Shown here piece by piece: positions 30,901 to 41,149 of a DNA stretch of 64,000 bases. Each line of letters opens with the position of its first letter. Position 1 is the first letter of the stretch. The stretch comes from Bdellovibrio sp. (GTDB lineage Bacteria; Bdellovibrionota; Bdellovibrionia; Bdellovibrionales; Bdellovibrionaceae), in NCBI GenBank assembly GCA_036676395.1, contig JAKFCY010000002.1, positions 160,001-224,000 of the forward strand, read 5' to 3'. A model generated the notes under the pieces. That model was given only the letters and a program-made list of their open reading frames with translations. It made no database searches and was not told where the DNA came from. The position numbers and the translations under genes were made by a program.

Positions 30901-32039
30901 AATTGATTTTTGTACTTTCATTACTAGCTGTTCAAAGCCTTTGGGCTTTTCCTGAAATGATTAAACATGGTTACGTGAATTGCACAGCCTGCCATATATC
31001 TCCGAGTGGTGGTGGCGTGTTGAACCCATACGGTCGTAACTTATCAGCAGAACTCATCAGCACCTGGTCTTATAAAGGCGAAGAAGGCCTTTTTCACGGA
31101 GCTGTTGATACATCTGCAGTTGATGAATGGTTAGCTATTGGCGGTGAATACCGTGGTGTGCAAGTGCATACGGATTACACGCAAAAATCAACGGGTGTGA
31201 CGAATGTTGATGGTCGTTATATCAATATGCAAATCGGCTTTGAGTTGGGGATTATCCAGCCAAAATGGGCGTTGGTAGGATTTCTGGGGCAGTATAGCTT
31301 TAATGAACCAGCTCATTACAACCGTGTTAAAGCCGATGTGAGCCGCATCTATGGTCTGTTCAAGGCAACTGATGAATTAACTTTTAAAGTGGGCCGTTTT
31401 CAACCTAACTTTGGTATCAATCTTCCGGATCATAATTTATCAACACGCACGCGTTTGGAAATGAGTTCACTTTCATACCGTGGTGGGCAAATTTCAATCG
31501 AAGACAAAAATACCGTTGAAGTTTTTTGGCTGGGTGAAGAGTACAACTTTTCATTAGCCGGTTACCGCATTCGTAAAGACTTAACAGATGATGGTGACAA
31601 AGGTTTTGCTTATACCGGCAGTAAAGTTTTTGCTGAGCGTTTTAAATTAGGCATTCAGGGTTTGCGTGAAAAAAGTGACGTGCGTGAAAAGAAAATTTTT
31701 GGTTTTACCGGTCATTTAGGTTGGAACGAAAAGTGGTCTACCTTGGCTGAAGTTGATCGCGTGACTACTGAACCTGTCGGTGGTTCTGAAATCAAGGGAA
31801 TCGCTGCTGTACAGCGCACCGGTTACGAAGCTTTTAAGGGCTTTCAAGTGTTGGTACTGAATGATTATTACCAGTCGAATGTCGATAATGGGGCTACGAA
31901 AGTTTACCGTTATGGACCAGGCATTATCTGGTACCCAAGACCACACTTTGACTTTCAGTTTTTCTTTACTAAAGAACAGCGCTCTACACTTAAGCCAGAA
32001 GGCGATTATGCTTGGCTAATGACGCATTATTATTTTTAA
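30897..32039 (+). CDS. Outer-membrane beta-barrel protein with N-terminal CxxCH haem motif
   Basis: Signal peptide; CTACHISPSGGG; KVGRF.P.FG porin-like motif; C-terminal aromatic HYYF. Confidence 0.7.
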   Translation: MKLIFVLSLLAVQSLWAFPEMIKHGYVNCTACHISPSGGGVLNPYGRNLSAELISTWSYKGEEGLFHGAVDTSAVDEWLAIGGEYRGVQVHTDYTQKSTGVTNVDGRYINMQIGFELGIIQPKWALVGFLGQYSFNEPAHYNRVKADVSRIYGLFKATDELTFKVGRFQPNFGINLPDHNLSTRTRLEMSSLSYRGGQISIEDKNTVEVFWLGEEYNFSLAGYRIRKDLTDDGDKGFAYTGSKVFAERFKLGIQGLREKSDVREKKIFGFTGHLGWNEKWSTLAEVDRVTTEPVGGSEIKGIAAVQRTGYEAFKGFQVLVLNDYYQSNVDNGATKVYRYGPGIIWYPRPHFDFQFFFTKEQRSTLKPEGDYAWLMTHYYF

Positions 32040-32890
32040 AGTCCTTTTAAAGTTTCAAGCATGAATTGAATTAAATTTTTTCTGTCGCTGGTTTGAAATT
32101 TTGATTCGTGCACGATAAGGCATAAATCAAAATTCACCAGCTCTTGGCCAATCTGTTCTAGATTGTAGGCTTCAGCAATAGGGCTTGGCAGTATGCCGTA
32201 GCAAGAATCTGCAGCAATGCTTGCTGCTATCACTTCATAATTTTGTACCGGAACTAATTTATACTGGTGTGACAGTTTTGAAATAATTTTTGGCGCTAAG
32301 TACATATCTGGATTGTACATCAGCAGCACATGATTCTTTTTTTTCTTATAGATAGCCACGTGTTCGGCTCTAACTTTTTTAGGGATTAGATTTGGGTTTT
32401 TAATAGGATTAATCACGAAGCCTAAATCCAGATCCAAGCGATTTACTTTTTGCGTGATTTCGGTCGAAGTACCAAACACCGAGGTCAGTTCAAATTCGAT
32501 ATTTTGTTGGTAAAGCGCAGGGGCAAGCACTGGTAAAACCGTGCGTGCGATGACCGGGTGATAACCAATCGTTAAACGCTGTTGCCAGATGGCTAATGAT
32601 TTTGATTGGTTTTGGGTTTTAAGCCATTCATTTTCTAAATGTTCGATCACTTCTTTAAGGTGGGCACCTGACGCCGTTAGCTTTAACCCCCGTGAAGTTC
32701 GTTCAAAGAGTTTAGCTTTTTGTCCGTGTTCTAATTGCAGAATAATTTTAGACATGGCTGATTGACCCAAACCGTGGATTTCTGCCGCCTTACTGAGGTT
32801 TAAAGTCGCGCAGCAGGTTTTAAAGTATTGATATTCTTTTTTAAACGGGGTTTCTTTTGTCATTCCATATAAGAATACCACATATTCCAA
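32036..32890 (-). CDS. LysR family transcriptional regulator
   Basis: NLSKAAE..QSAMSK..LE...LFERTSRGLKLT HTH; start uncertain. Confidence 0.85.
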   Translation of the reverse strand: MEYVVFLYGMTKETPFKKEYQYFKTCCATLNLSKAAEIHGLGQSAMSKIILQLEHGQKAKLFERTSRGLKLTASGAHLKEVIEHLENEWLKTQNQSKSLAIWQQRLTIGYHPVIARTVLPVLAPALYQQNIEFELTSVFGTSTEITQKVNRLDLDLGFVINPIKNPNLIPKKVRAEHVAIYKKKKNHVLLMYNPDMYLAPKIISKLSHQYKLVPVQNYEVIAASIAADSCYGILPSPIAEAYNLEQIGQELVNFDLCLIVHESKFQTSDRKNLIQFMLETLKGL

Positions 32891-32958
32891 ATAGTAAATA
32901 ACTAAATTAAACCAGAAGTGCGATATGTAATTTAACCCAAGCGGGTAGGAGATTATTT

Positions 32959-33372
32959 ATGAAATTATTAATCATGAGTTTAGTGTTAGTTATCAGTTCT
33001 TATTCAATGGCTGGGGTGTTGCCACTTCAGGCTCAGCAAAGTTTAGATGGTATTGATACTGATATGGTGTTAGTGGATGCTAAAGGTATGTCACTTTACA
33101 TCTTCACTCCTGACACACCAGATGTTTCTAACTGTAAAGGTAACTGTCTAAAGGCATGGCCAGCGGCTAGTTTGACACCAGAAGAAGTTGAAAAAGTAAA
33201 AGCTTCAAAAACTTTTGGTGTTATTACCAGAGACGACGGTACAAAGCAGCTCACGCTTGATCGCCGCCCGTTATACTATTATGTGGGCGATGAAAATCCT
33301 GGTGATCGCGTAGGTCAAGGCATCGGTGGCGTGTGGTTTTTGTTAAAGGCTAACTTTTCTTTAAAGGAGTGA
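32959..33372 (+). CDS. COG4315/Lipoprotein_15-like secreted protein
   Basis: GMSLYIF..D, C.G.C..AWP, R.DG..Q, PLYYY.GD..PGD..GQG.GGVW. Confidence 0.85.
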   Translation: MKLLIMSLVLVISSYSMAGVLPLQAQQSLDGIDTDMVLVDAKGMSLYIFTPDTPDVSNCKGNCLKAWPAASLTPEEVEKVKASKTFGVITRDDGTKQLTLDRRPLYYYVGDENPGDRVGQGIGGVWFLLKANFSLKE

Positions 33373-33734
33373 TGATGAAAAACATTTTATTATTAGTAAC
33401 AGCATTTGCTCTTTTTTCTTGTGATTATAGCCGCACCAGCGGTGATGTCGATGAAGCATTACCACAAACAGGTTTAACTGATCCTAAGCCAGGTGAAGAG
33501 CCAGCAGTTCGTTTTGCCGATGTTCGCACTGCGGTGTTTGAAAGTTCGTGTGCCGGCTGTCATCAAAATAGAGGGTTAGATTTAAGTTTTGCTGATTACA
33601 CAAATACTAAAACTTTTGCTGCTAAAATTTTTGTGCGTGTTTTTGAAGATCGCGACATGCCACCGAAGACAAAGCTAACTGCTTTACAAGAACAAGTTTT
33701 AAGATCTTGGTTAGATAACGGTTCACCGGAATAA
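33369..33734 (+). CDS. Monohaem cytochrome c lipoprotein
   Basis: Lipobox LFSC; CAGCH; MPP; W...G. Confidence 0.8.
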   Translation: MMMKNILLLVTAFALFSCDYSRTSGDVDEALPQTGLTDPKPGEEPAVRFADVRTAVFESSCAGCHQNRGLDLSFADYTNTKTFAAKIFVRVFEDRDMPPKTKLTALQEQVLRSWLDNGSPE

Positions 33735-33826
33735 ATTTTGCTTTATGGGGTTAAAACGATCTGCAAACCAAAATATGGAATGCAGATCGTCTATTCGGGG
33801 TTAATCACCCCACCAAGGAGCCCCAG

Positions 33827-34747
33827 ATGAAACCGGCGTGGATACTTTTGTTCTCATTACTGTTTATATTCTCCTGCCAAAAAGAAAAAGCAGAAACGGT
33901 GACACCTATCCCGGCGCCGCCACCGGCACAGGATAAAAACGACGTTTGTGAAAAAATCAAATTAAGCGAAAATTATATTGAATCTGCCGGTATCATCGGT
34001 GGCAGTCGAGTCTTAGCGACAGATGCTGATTCTAAATCTACAGCCATGATTATTGCGACCGAAAAAAGCACGGGCAATTCATTTGTTTGTACAGCTACGC
34101 CAATCACTTCACGCACCTTAATCACGGCAGCCCATTGTTTAGACCGTGCGGCTAAAGTCACAGCCGTTTTTTATGCCGACCTCACGTGCGCCAGTGGCTT
34201 TAGATTTAGCCGCGATACCATTCGTGCCACAGATTTTAAATATCATCCAGACTATAATCCCAACACCATGAATAGTGCTAATCCTGATATTGGTTTAGTG
34301 CATTTAGCTTCAGAGATTAAGCCGGGTTATCCCATCTATGAAATTAATCATGCGCCTGAAACTTTAAATTCAGAATTACTTTTATACGGGTACGGAATTA
34401 CCGGTTCAAATAATAGCGATAGTACCGTATTACGTAAGGTGACTCTTGCGCGGGCCGAGTATGGTTTTGAACTTAGCTCGATTGTGATTGAAAATAATGG
34501 TATGCGCGGAATATGCCTTGGCGACTCTGGGGGGCCAGGGCTTGTGCGTGTCGCAGACAAATTGCAAATTGCCAGCGTAAATTCATTTGGCTATGGCCCA
34601 CGTAATGATGTGTGCGGCGGGCGCAGCAGTTTGATTTTGATTCATCCGTTTATGCCGTGGATTCGTGAAACCTTAAATAAATGGGGCGAAGCCTTGCAAG
34701 AACCCCAGATTCCAGCCTTGCCGCCAGGGCCGCCAGCAGTTAATTAG
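33827..34747 (+). CDS. Trypsin-like (S1) serine protease lipoprotein
   Basis: Lipobox FSC; IIGG; catalytic TAAHC, DIGL, GDSGGP. Confidence 0.92.
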   Translation: MKPAWILLFSLLFIFSCQKEKAETVTPIPAPPPAQDKNDVCEKIKLSENYIESAGIIGGSRVLATDADSKSTAMIIATEKSTGNSFVCTATPITSRTLITAAHCLDRAAKVTAVFYADLTCASGFRFSRDTIRATDFKYHPDYNPNTMNSANPDIGLVHLASEIKPGYPIYEINHAPETLNSELLLYGYGITGSNNSDSTVLRKVTLARAEYGFELSSIVIENNGMRGICLGDSGGPGLVRVADKLQIASVNSFGYGPRNDVCGGRSSLILIHPFMPWIRETLNKWGEALQEPQIPALPPGPPAVN

Positions 34748-35408
34748 TGCGCAACTCAACCGGCGTATCGATTTGGCAAAATGGATGCGCTTTTTTGAAA
34801 GCTTCAAGATTATTGCAGTGATTTACAATTTTAGCGATCAACTGAAAATTCTCTAACGGAACCTTAAATCTGTTGGCCGTAAAAATTTGCGGCACTAAGA
34901 ATAAATCAGCTGCAGTGATTTCATCACCAAAGCAAAAAAGACCAGAATGTTTTTCTAACATTTTTTCACAAGCTGCAAGACCTGCAATGGTCCATGAGTG
35001 AATCCACTTTGTTTTTTGTTCTTCGGTCGCCGAAAAGTTTTTTTCTAAATATTGTATTGTGCGTAAATTACCATAAGCGTGGGTATCGGCATTGATGTTT
35101 TCGCAAAACTGTTTGATCAAGGCTTTTTTATACGGGTCTTTTGAAAACAGTTGATAGCTTTGGGGAAAAGCATCGTCTAAATATTCAACGATCGCGATTG
35201 ATTGACCAATCACATTTTTTTCATGAACTAAGGTTGGTACGCCGCCCATGGGGTTTAAGGCGCGGTATTCTGCAGAATGCTGTTCGCCGCCGTTATTCAG
35301 TAAATGCACGGGCTTATATTCGTAAGATAGTTTTTTAACTTCTAAAGCTAGGCGCACACGGTACGATGTAGAACTTCGAAAATAATTGAAAAGCACTAAT
35401 TTATCCAT
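34740..35408 (-). CDS. maiA: Maleylacetoacetate isomerase (GST zeta)
   Basis: YFRSSTSYRVRLAL, NPMGGVP, QSIAIVEYL, AHP..Q.D; start at ATG 35408. Confidence 0.92.
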   Translation of the reverse strand: MDKLVLFNYFRSSTSYRVRLALEVKKLSYEYKPVHLLNNGGEQHSAEYRALNPMGGVPTLVHEKNVIGQSIAIVEYLDDAFPQSYQLFSKDPYKKALIKQFCENINADTHAYGNLRTIQYLEKNFSATEEQKTKWIHSWTIAGLAACEKMLEKHSGLFCFGDEITAADLFLVPQIFTANRFKVPLENFQLIAKIVNHCNNLEAFKKAHPFCQIDTPVELRTN

Positions 35409-35547
35409 AAGGCCCTTAGTTTGATTGGGTGTGGCTAAAACTCCAACAGATGTCGCAGGTCGCCAATGTGTTGCTCGACTCGAGACCAATGGTTTTTGCG
35501 TGCAGCTCGCCGATGACAGGAGTAAGCTGAGCCTAATCGGAGGAACT

Positions 35548-36123
35548 ATGTTCAAAAATTTATTAACAACAGTGTCTATGATCTTAATGGCTTCGGTAGC
35601 CCATGCTGAAATTGCATACTCTATGCCAGCCCTTGAAGTGGGTTTCAAATTAAACACTATGGATGCCGACACTTCGACATCGAACAAACAGTCCAACGCA
35701 TTTCAGGGCGGTGGTTCGATTGTTTTTGATTTTGGTGACAGCGGTTTTGGCTTAAAAACAGGTTTGATGTATTCAGAACGTACTTTTAAAAATGAATTTA
35801 ACATTGGTCTTACCACGCAAGAGGGTAAAATCACTTATTTCGATATTCCGTTACAAGTGATGTTTAAATTTGAAGATTATGCTGGCATCTATTTTGGCCC
35901 ATCATTTTCAACTAAATTAGGCGATGAGTGCAAAACGAACACGGGCTCTTGCACTTTAACGAATATTAAATCATCAATTATGCCAATGACTTTTGGTGCG
36001 CAATTTAAAATGGCTGCTAATCTTGGCTTAAGTTTATTTTTTGAAACATTTTCTGGAGAAGTGGCGCAAGGGCTTAAAGCTTCTCGCGGCGTCGGTGCCA
36101 ATTTATTATTCGTATTTGACTAG
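35548..36123 (+). CDS. Outer-membrane beta-barrel (OMP_b-brl-like) protein
   Basis: GGAGG RBS; signal peptide ending AHA; YFDIPL and YFGP strands; C-terminal FVFD. Confidence 0.75.
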   Translation: MFKNLLTTVSMILMASVAHAEIAYSMPALEVGFKLNTMDADTSTSNKQSNAFQGGGSIVFDFGDSGFGLKTGLMYSERTFKNEFNIGLTTQEGKITYFDIPLQVMFKFEDYAGIYFGPSFSTKLGDECKTNTGSCTLTNIKSSIMPMTFGAQFKMAANLGLSLFFETFSGEVAQGLKASRGVGANLLFVFD

Positions 36124-36173
36124 TAAAATATTCGTCTTCGACAAAATGTTTATATAAAAGGAATTCAGGACTC

Positions 36174-37157
36174 ATGAAATTAGCAACACTTAAAACTAAA
36201 AATTCTAAAGATGGTGAATTGGTTATTGTTAGCCGCGATGGCAGAAATTTTGTTTCGGCTAAAGACATTTCGCCTAATTTATTACAAGCTATGGATAACT
36301 GGTCAGTTGTTGAACCCCAATTAAAACAACGTTACGACCAGTTAAATAGCGGAAGTGTTGCGGGCCAACAGCCAGTTTCTAGTCCTACCCTTTTTGCCTC
36401 AGCGTTGCCACGCACATGGCTTTTTGCTGATGGATCAGCCTTTATTCATCATATTAAACTTGTGCGTAAGGCGCGTAATGCGGCCTTACCAGAAACTTTG
36501 TTAACTGTTCCTTTAATGTACCAAGCTGAAAGCGGAAAATTCTTAGATCCTATCGAAGATATTCCCCAGCGCGACTTTGCTCACGGTACGGATTTTGAAG
36601 CTGAAGTGGGTGTGATCGTAGACCATGTTCCGATGGGAGTGACCCCCGAACAGGCCCTTAATCACATTAAGTTACTCGTTTTGATTAACGATGTTTCCCT
36701 GCGCGGCTTGATTCCAGAGGAGTTAGCGCAGGGGTTTGGTTTTTTTCAAAGTAAACCTAATAGCGCGTTATCTCCATTAGCACTTACAATTGATGAATTA
36801 GGTTCGGCGTGGAAAGACGGCCGTGTGCAGTTACCATTAAACGTAACATATAACGGAAAATTTTTCGGTAAAGCTAATGCTAAAGAAATGCATTTTCACT
36901 TTGGACAATTAATCGCTCACGCGGCAAAAACTCGTGATCTTGCAGCGGGCTCGTTAATCGGCAGCGGTACTGTAGCTAACGAAGATATAACTATGGGTTC
37001 AAGTTGCTTGGCTGAAAAGCGCACGTTAGAAACAATCAATAATGGTAAAGCAGAAACTCCATTTATGAAAGTCGGCGATACCATTGAAATTGAAATGTTC
37101 AATGACAAAGGTGAAAGTCTATTTGGCCGTATTTCGCAAAAAGTTGCTCAAAGATAG
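36174..37157 (+). CDS. Fumarylacetoacetate hydrolase family protein
   Basis: DFEAEVG, NDVSLR, FFQSKP, GSGTV. Confidence 0.92.
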   Translation: MKLATLKTKNSKDGELVIVSRDGRNFVSAKDISPNLLQAMDNWSVVEPQLKQRYDQLNSGSVAGQQPVSSPTLFASALPRTWLFADGSAFIHHIKLVRKARNAALPETLLTVPLMYQAESGKFLDPIEDIPQRDFAHGTDFEAEVGVIVDHVPMGVTPEQALNHIKLLVLINDVSLRGLIPEELAQGFGFFQSKPNSALSPLALTIDELGSAWKDGRVQLPLNVTYNGKFFGKANAKEMHFHFGQLIAHAAKTRDLAAGSLIGSGTVANEDITMGSSCLAEKRTLETINNGKAETPFMKVGDTIEIEMFNDKGESLFGRISQKVAQR

Positions 37158-38054
37158 ATGAAGCACTTTTCGGTCCATAAGAATTTTTTTCCAGAAGCTA
37201 AAAAACTTCGTTCTGAATTTGATCAGAATTTTTCTAACCCACGCACAACAGATAATAAACGTTTTGTGTGGGATTACTGGTACTTCGAAGATCAGTACCA
37301 TTTAATTAGAACCCCAGCTTTTTATTATTTCACAAAAAAGATTTATCAAAATTTTCACTCGCAACTTGTACAGTGGGGTCGTGAAAATTTAGGCTGTCAT
37401 GATATCTCGCCTCCGTGGATGAGTTATTATGTCGATGGCTGTTACCAGAATTTACATTCTGATGTTCCGCATGGCCCGTGGGCTTTTGTGTATTCATTAA
37501 CGATTGATCCTAAAGCTTTTCGCGGTGGTGAAACGTTAATCATGAAGCCAGATGTTTTAGATTACTGGCCAGGTTTTCAAGATCAGCAAGATCGCGAATA
37601 CCAAAGTTTTGTTGATCGTGTGCCGGCTAATTTTAATCAGTTAGTTGTCTTTGATCCACGTTTTCCACACGGGGTAACCGAAGTTAAAGGCACGCGTGAT
37701 CCACAAAAGGCGCGTTTAGTGATTCATGGTTGGTTCGTCGAGCCGCGCCCCTATGTGGTCGGCGGATTAACAACCGCGCAGGTGCAAAAGCCGTTATCAG
37801 AAGCGATGTTTGTGTTCTCGGAAGAAATCGCTAAACTTAATCCTTCGCACGGAACAGTGTCGCTGCGCTTAGAAATTTCTACAGCCGGAAACGTTGTGAA
37901 CTATCAAGAAGTAACAAATACGTTAATTTCATTAGTGCATGAAGAAAAAGAAATTCTTCACACTAAAAAATTGATGAAGAGTCTTTTTACGCAAATGCAG
38001 TTTCCGAAATCTAAGAAAAAGTCGTTTTTAACGATTCCAATTTTATTTAAATAG
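37158..38054 (+). CDS. 2OG-Fe(II) oxygenase with extra C-terminal domain
   Basis: HSD...GGET...FNQLVVFD..PHGV...R..IHGW. Confidence 0.8.
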   Translation: MKHFSVHKNFFPEAKKLRSEFDQNFSNPRTTDNKRFVWDYWYFEDQYHLIRTPAFYYFTKKIYQNFHSQLVQWGRENLGCHDISPPWMSYYVDGCYQNLHSDVPHGPWAFVYSLTIDPKAFRGGETLIMKPDVLDYWPGFQDQQDREYQSFVDRVPANFNQLVVFDPRFPHGVTEVKGTRDPQKARLVIHGWFVEPRPYVVGGLTTAQVQKPLSEAMFVFSEEIAKLNPSHGTVSLRLEISTAGNVVNYQEVTNTLISLVHEEKEILHTKKLMKSLFTQMQFPKSKKKSFLTIPILFK

Positions 38055-38063
38055 AAGGTTCTT

Positions 38064-39017
38064 ATGACTCTGACCCAATTAAGTTATGTTGTAGCTGTTG
38101 ATAAATATAAAAACTTTGGCCAAGCCGCTGAAAGTTGTTCGATCACCCAGCCAACATTATCAATGCAGATTCAAAAGTTAGAAGAAGAACTGGGTGTACA
38201 AATTTTTGATCGCAGTCACCAGCCTGTGAAAACGACAAAAATCGGGGCAGCCTTAGTTATTCAGGCGCGAGTGATTTTAACAGAGAGCCAACATTTTCAT
38301 GAAATTATTCAAGACAGCAACGGCGAAGTTAAAGGTGAGGTAACGATTGGTGTAATTCCGACGTTAGCGCCATACTTATTGCCATTATTCTTAAAAAAAT
38401 TCAGTGTTAAGCACCCGAATTTACAAATCCATGTTGAAGAGCTGCAAACTGAACAGATCATCGAACGTCTTAAAGCAAGTTCTTTAGACGTAGGGTTATT
38501 AGTTACGCCGATTGAAGATGTACACCTTGAATCAGTTCCTCTTTTTTATGAACCGTTTATGGTTTATGCTTCTGAAAAAAGTGCTTTAATGAGTAAAGCT
38601 AAAGTTCAGCAGACTGATTTAAACTCGAATGATTTATGGTTATTAACTGAAGGCCATTGTTTTCGTGATCAATCGCTAACGATTTGTCGTAACCGCAAAA
38701 AAACTACAGATATCAATCGCAATATTAAATTAGAATCAGGAAGTCTTGAAACTTTACGTCGTATGGTTGATCAAGAAACTGGTTTTACATTGTTACCGTA
38801 TTTAGCGGCCCAAGATGTCGATAATAAAAAGCAACTTAAAGAATTTGCCTCGCCAATTCCAACACGTGAAGTAAGTTTGATCTATAATGTCCACTTTAAA
38901 CGTAATGCTTTTAAAGAATCTTTGATTGAAACCATTCAAAAAACATTACCTAAAGAAATTCATGTGACGCCGGCTAAAAACACTCAGATCGTGGATTTGC
39001 CGATGGGTAATAAATAA
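38064..39017 (+). CDS. oxyR: Hydrogen peroxide-inducible regulator OxyR
   Basis: LysR HTH; EGHCFRDQ...C redox cysteines; SLETLRRMV. Confidence 0.9.
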   Translation: MTLTQLSYVVAVDKYKNFGQAAESCSITQPTLSMQIQKLEEELGVQIFDRSHQPVKTTKIGAALVIQARVILTESQHFHEIIQDSNGEVKGEVTIGVIPTLAPYLLPLFLKKFSVKHPNLQIHVEELQTEQIIERLKASSLDVGLLVTPIEDVHLESVPLFYEPFMVYASEKSALMSKAKVQQTDLNSNDLWLLTEGHCFRDQSLTICRNRKKTTDINRNIKLESGSLETLRRMVDQETGFTLLPYLAAQDVDNKKQLKEFASPIPTREVSLIYNVHFKRNAFKESLIETIQKTLPKEIHVTPAKNTQIVDLPMGNK

Positions 39018-39020
39018 TTT

Positions 39021-39431
39021 CTAAACAAATAAAATTTCAACAGGAACTTGCACGTCAGGGTGTAATGATTTTTTCACCGGGCACATGTCTGCAATTTCAG
39101 GAATTCTTTTTTTGAATTCTTCTGGTATTGTATTCGGAAACTTACATATTGTTTTTAACGACGCTATTCTTCTTGGTGGCGGAGTCATTATTTTTTCTGT
39201 GTACGAAGTGGCGCCTACGATAGAGATATTTTCTTTTTCGGCATGAATAGCCACTGTCGTTAAAATACATGTTCCAAGCGCTGTAGCTACTAGGTCAGTC
39301 GGTGAAAACGTTTCGCCTAACCCGTTATTATCTTTTGGGGCGTCAGTTTGAATTTGAGAATTTGAGGGGCCGTGCGTGGCTTCGCAATGTTTTTGCCCTG
39401 TGTATTTTGAACTGATGTTTACCATATGCAT
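39021..39431 (-). CDS. OsmC family protein
   Basis: TDAP..NNG.G..FSPTDL..ALGTC...CPV..SL. Confidence 0.9.
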   Translation of the reverse strand: MHMVNISSKYTGQKHCEATHGPSNSQIQTDAPKDNNGLGETFSPTDLVATALGTCILTTVAIHAEKENISIVGATSYTEKIMTPPPRRIASLKTICKFPNTIPEEFKKRIPEIADMCPVKKSLHPDVQVPVEILFV

Positions 39432-39473
39432 GTACCTCTTGCTTTTGTTGTATATTCAGGTATCTGTTAAGTC

Positions 39474-40376
39474 ATGAATTTACGTACGTTGTTATCTTTA
39501 TTGGCAGTGGTTTTCGTGGTTTCTGGCTGTACTCAATCTAAAGAATTAGGCAGTAAGAAAAATCCGTTTAAGTTTTATATTGTTCCGGCCCAAGATGTTG
39601 TGGCTTTAAAAGAACAAGGGCAAAAATTAGCGTCTTTTTTAGAAAAAGAAACGGGCATGTTCGTTCAAATCGAACTTCCGATTAACTATATTGCTTTAGT
39701 GGAAGCATTTGGTTCTAAGCGCGCTGATGCGGCAATAATTAATACTTTCGGATATATCTTGGCTAACGAAAAATACGGTGTTCAGGCACGACTGAAGCTG
39801 ATGAATCGTGGCCGCGATGAATATTACGGGCAAATTATTGCTCGCGTAGACGGGCCTAAATCTATTAAAGAATTAAACGGCAAAAAATTTGCTTTTGTTG
39901 ATCCAGCGTCAACTTCTGGTTATTTGTTACCGCTGCGGTTATTTAAACAAGAAAACGTAAAACTTAAAGAATTTATGTTTGCCGGCAAGCATGACACGGT
40001 TGTGCGCGCGGTTTATCAAAAACAAGTTGATGCCGGTGCTACATTTTATACGCCACCTGATGATGACGGCACACCCAAAGATGCGCGTTGGATTTTACGT
40101 ACTGAGTATCCTGATGTTTATGAAAAGATTAAAATTTTAAAATTAACTGGACCGATTCCGAATGATCCGGTGATTTTTAGAAAAGATATTCCTGAAGAAG
40201 TAAAACAGAAATTCGCTGATGCTTTGATTAAATATATTAAAACTGACGAAGGTAAGAATGTTTTATTAGGTATGTATCATATTACTGATTTCAAAGCGGC
40301 ATCTGATAAAGACTACGATCTTGTACGCAGTTACCTAAAAGACTTAGGACAAACTGCGCAAGGCTTTATAAAATAA
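39474..40376 (+). CDS. PhnD/phosphonate-type ABC substrate-binding lipoprotein
   Basis: Lipobox VSGC; DPASTSGYLLP; GKHD; IPND. Confidence 0.85.
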   Translation: MNLRTLLSLLAVVFVVSGCTQSKELGSKKNPFKFYIVPAQDVVALKEQGQKLASFLEKETGMFVQIELPINYIALVEAFGSKRADAAIINTFGYILANEKYGVQARLKLMNRGRDEYYGQIIARVDGPKSIKELNGKKFAFVDPASTSGYLLPLRLFKQENVKLKEFMFAGKHDTVVRAVYQKQVDAGATFYTPPDDDGTPKDARWILRTEYPDVYEKIKILKLTGPIPNDPVIFRKDIPEEVKQKFADALIKYIKTDEGKNVLLGMYHITDFKAASDKDYDLVRSYLKDLGQTAQGFIK

Positions 40377-41147
40377 TTAGTATTTACGAAGAAGAGCTTT
40401 AACTAAACCTTTGATATCAACTTGTTGTGGCGCATACCACATTGAAGTTAAACGAGGGTTAGCTGGGCGTAATTCAATCGCTTTAGTGCTTGTTGAAATC
40501 TCTGGATTCTTTTTCATGTAAAAGCGCTTAACAGTAGCGCCTTCTTCGATGCCTGCAACAACAAGATCGCCATCTTTGGCATTCTTTTGTGAAAGCACGA
40601 CAAGAAAGTCTCCATCAAAGATACCTTCATCGATCATTGAATCACCTTCAACTTTTAAAGCGAAGTAATCACCAGGTGATTTCATAAAATTCACCGGCAC
40701 ATCGATGAATTCACCTTCGTGAATACGTTCGATCGGTGAGCCGGCAGCTACGCGGCCTAAGAAAGGGATAGGAAGAACCTTCGAATCTTGTCCGTGGAGA
40801 CTTTGGGAAGACTGACCAGCGAAGGAGCTCTTCGAAGGTTCTTTCACTAAATTAAGATTAGGCTGACCCAAACGACTTGCTAAATCTTTTTGAAAGTCTT
40901 CAGCAGAGTGCAAGATTTGGATCGCGCGTTTTTGATTCTGAGGAATTAGCAAATATCCTTTTGTGCTCAGCTGCTTTAAATAATTTTGAACTGAGTTAAA
41001 AGATGCAAAGCCAAAGTGATCACAGATCTCTTGATAAGACGGTGATACGCCTTTAGAGATCAGTTCCTGCTCAATAAATTGCAGGACTGATTTCTCTTTG
41101 GCAGTTAACGGTGGGAGGGGCGAGTTTGCATGTTTCTTCATACACAT
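40377..41147 (-). CDS. lexA: SOS repressor LexA
   Basis: wHTH (PSYQEI..FGFAS), VAAG cleavage site, GDSM Ser, TVKR Lys. Confidence 0.95.
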   Translation of the reverse strand: MCMKKHANSPLPPLTAKEKSVLQFIEQELISKGVSPSYQEICDHFGFASFNSVQNYLKQLSTKGYLLIPQNQKRAIQILHSAEDFQKDLASRLGQPNLNLVKEPSKSSFAGQSSQSLHGQDSKVLPIPFLGRVAAGSPIERIHEGEFIDVPVNFMKSPGDYFALKVEGDSMIDEGIFDGDFLVVLSQKNAKDGDLVVAGIEEGATVKRFYMKKNPEISTSTKAIELRPANPRLTSMWYAPQQVDIKGLVKALLRKY

Positions 41148-41149
41148 AA

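Noticed and set aside
35409..35696. Long N-terminal extensions of maiA and the divergent OMP gene
   Set aside because: They overlap each other; internal ATGs (35408, 35548) match the family starts or RBS.
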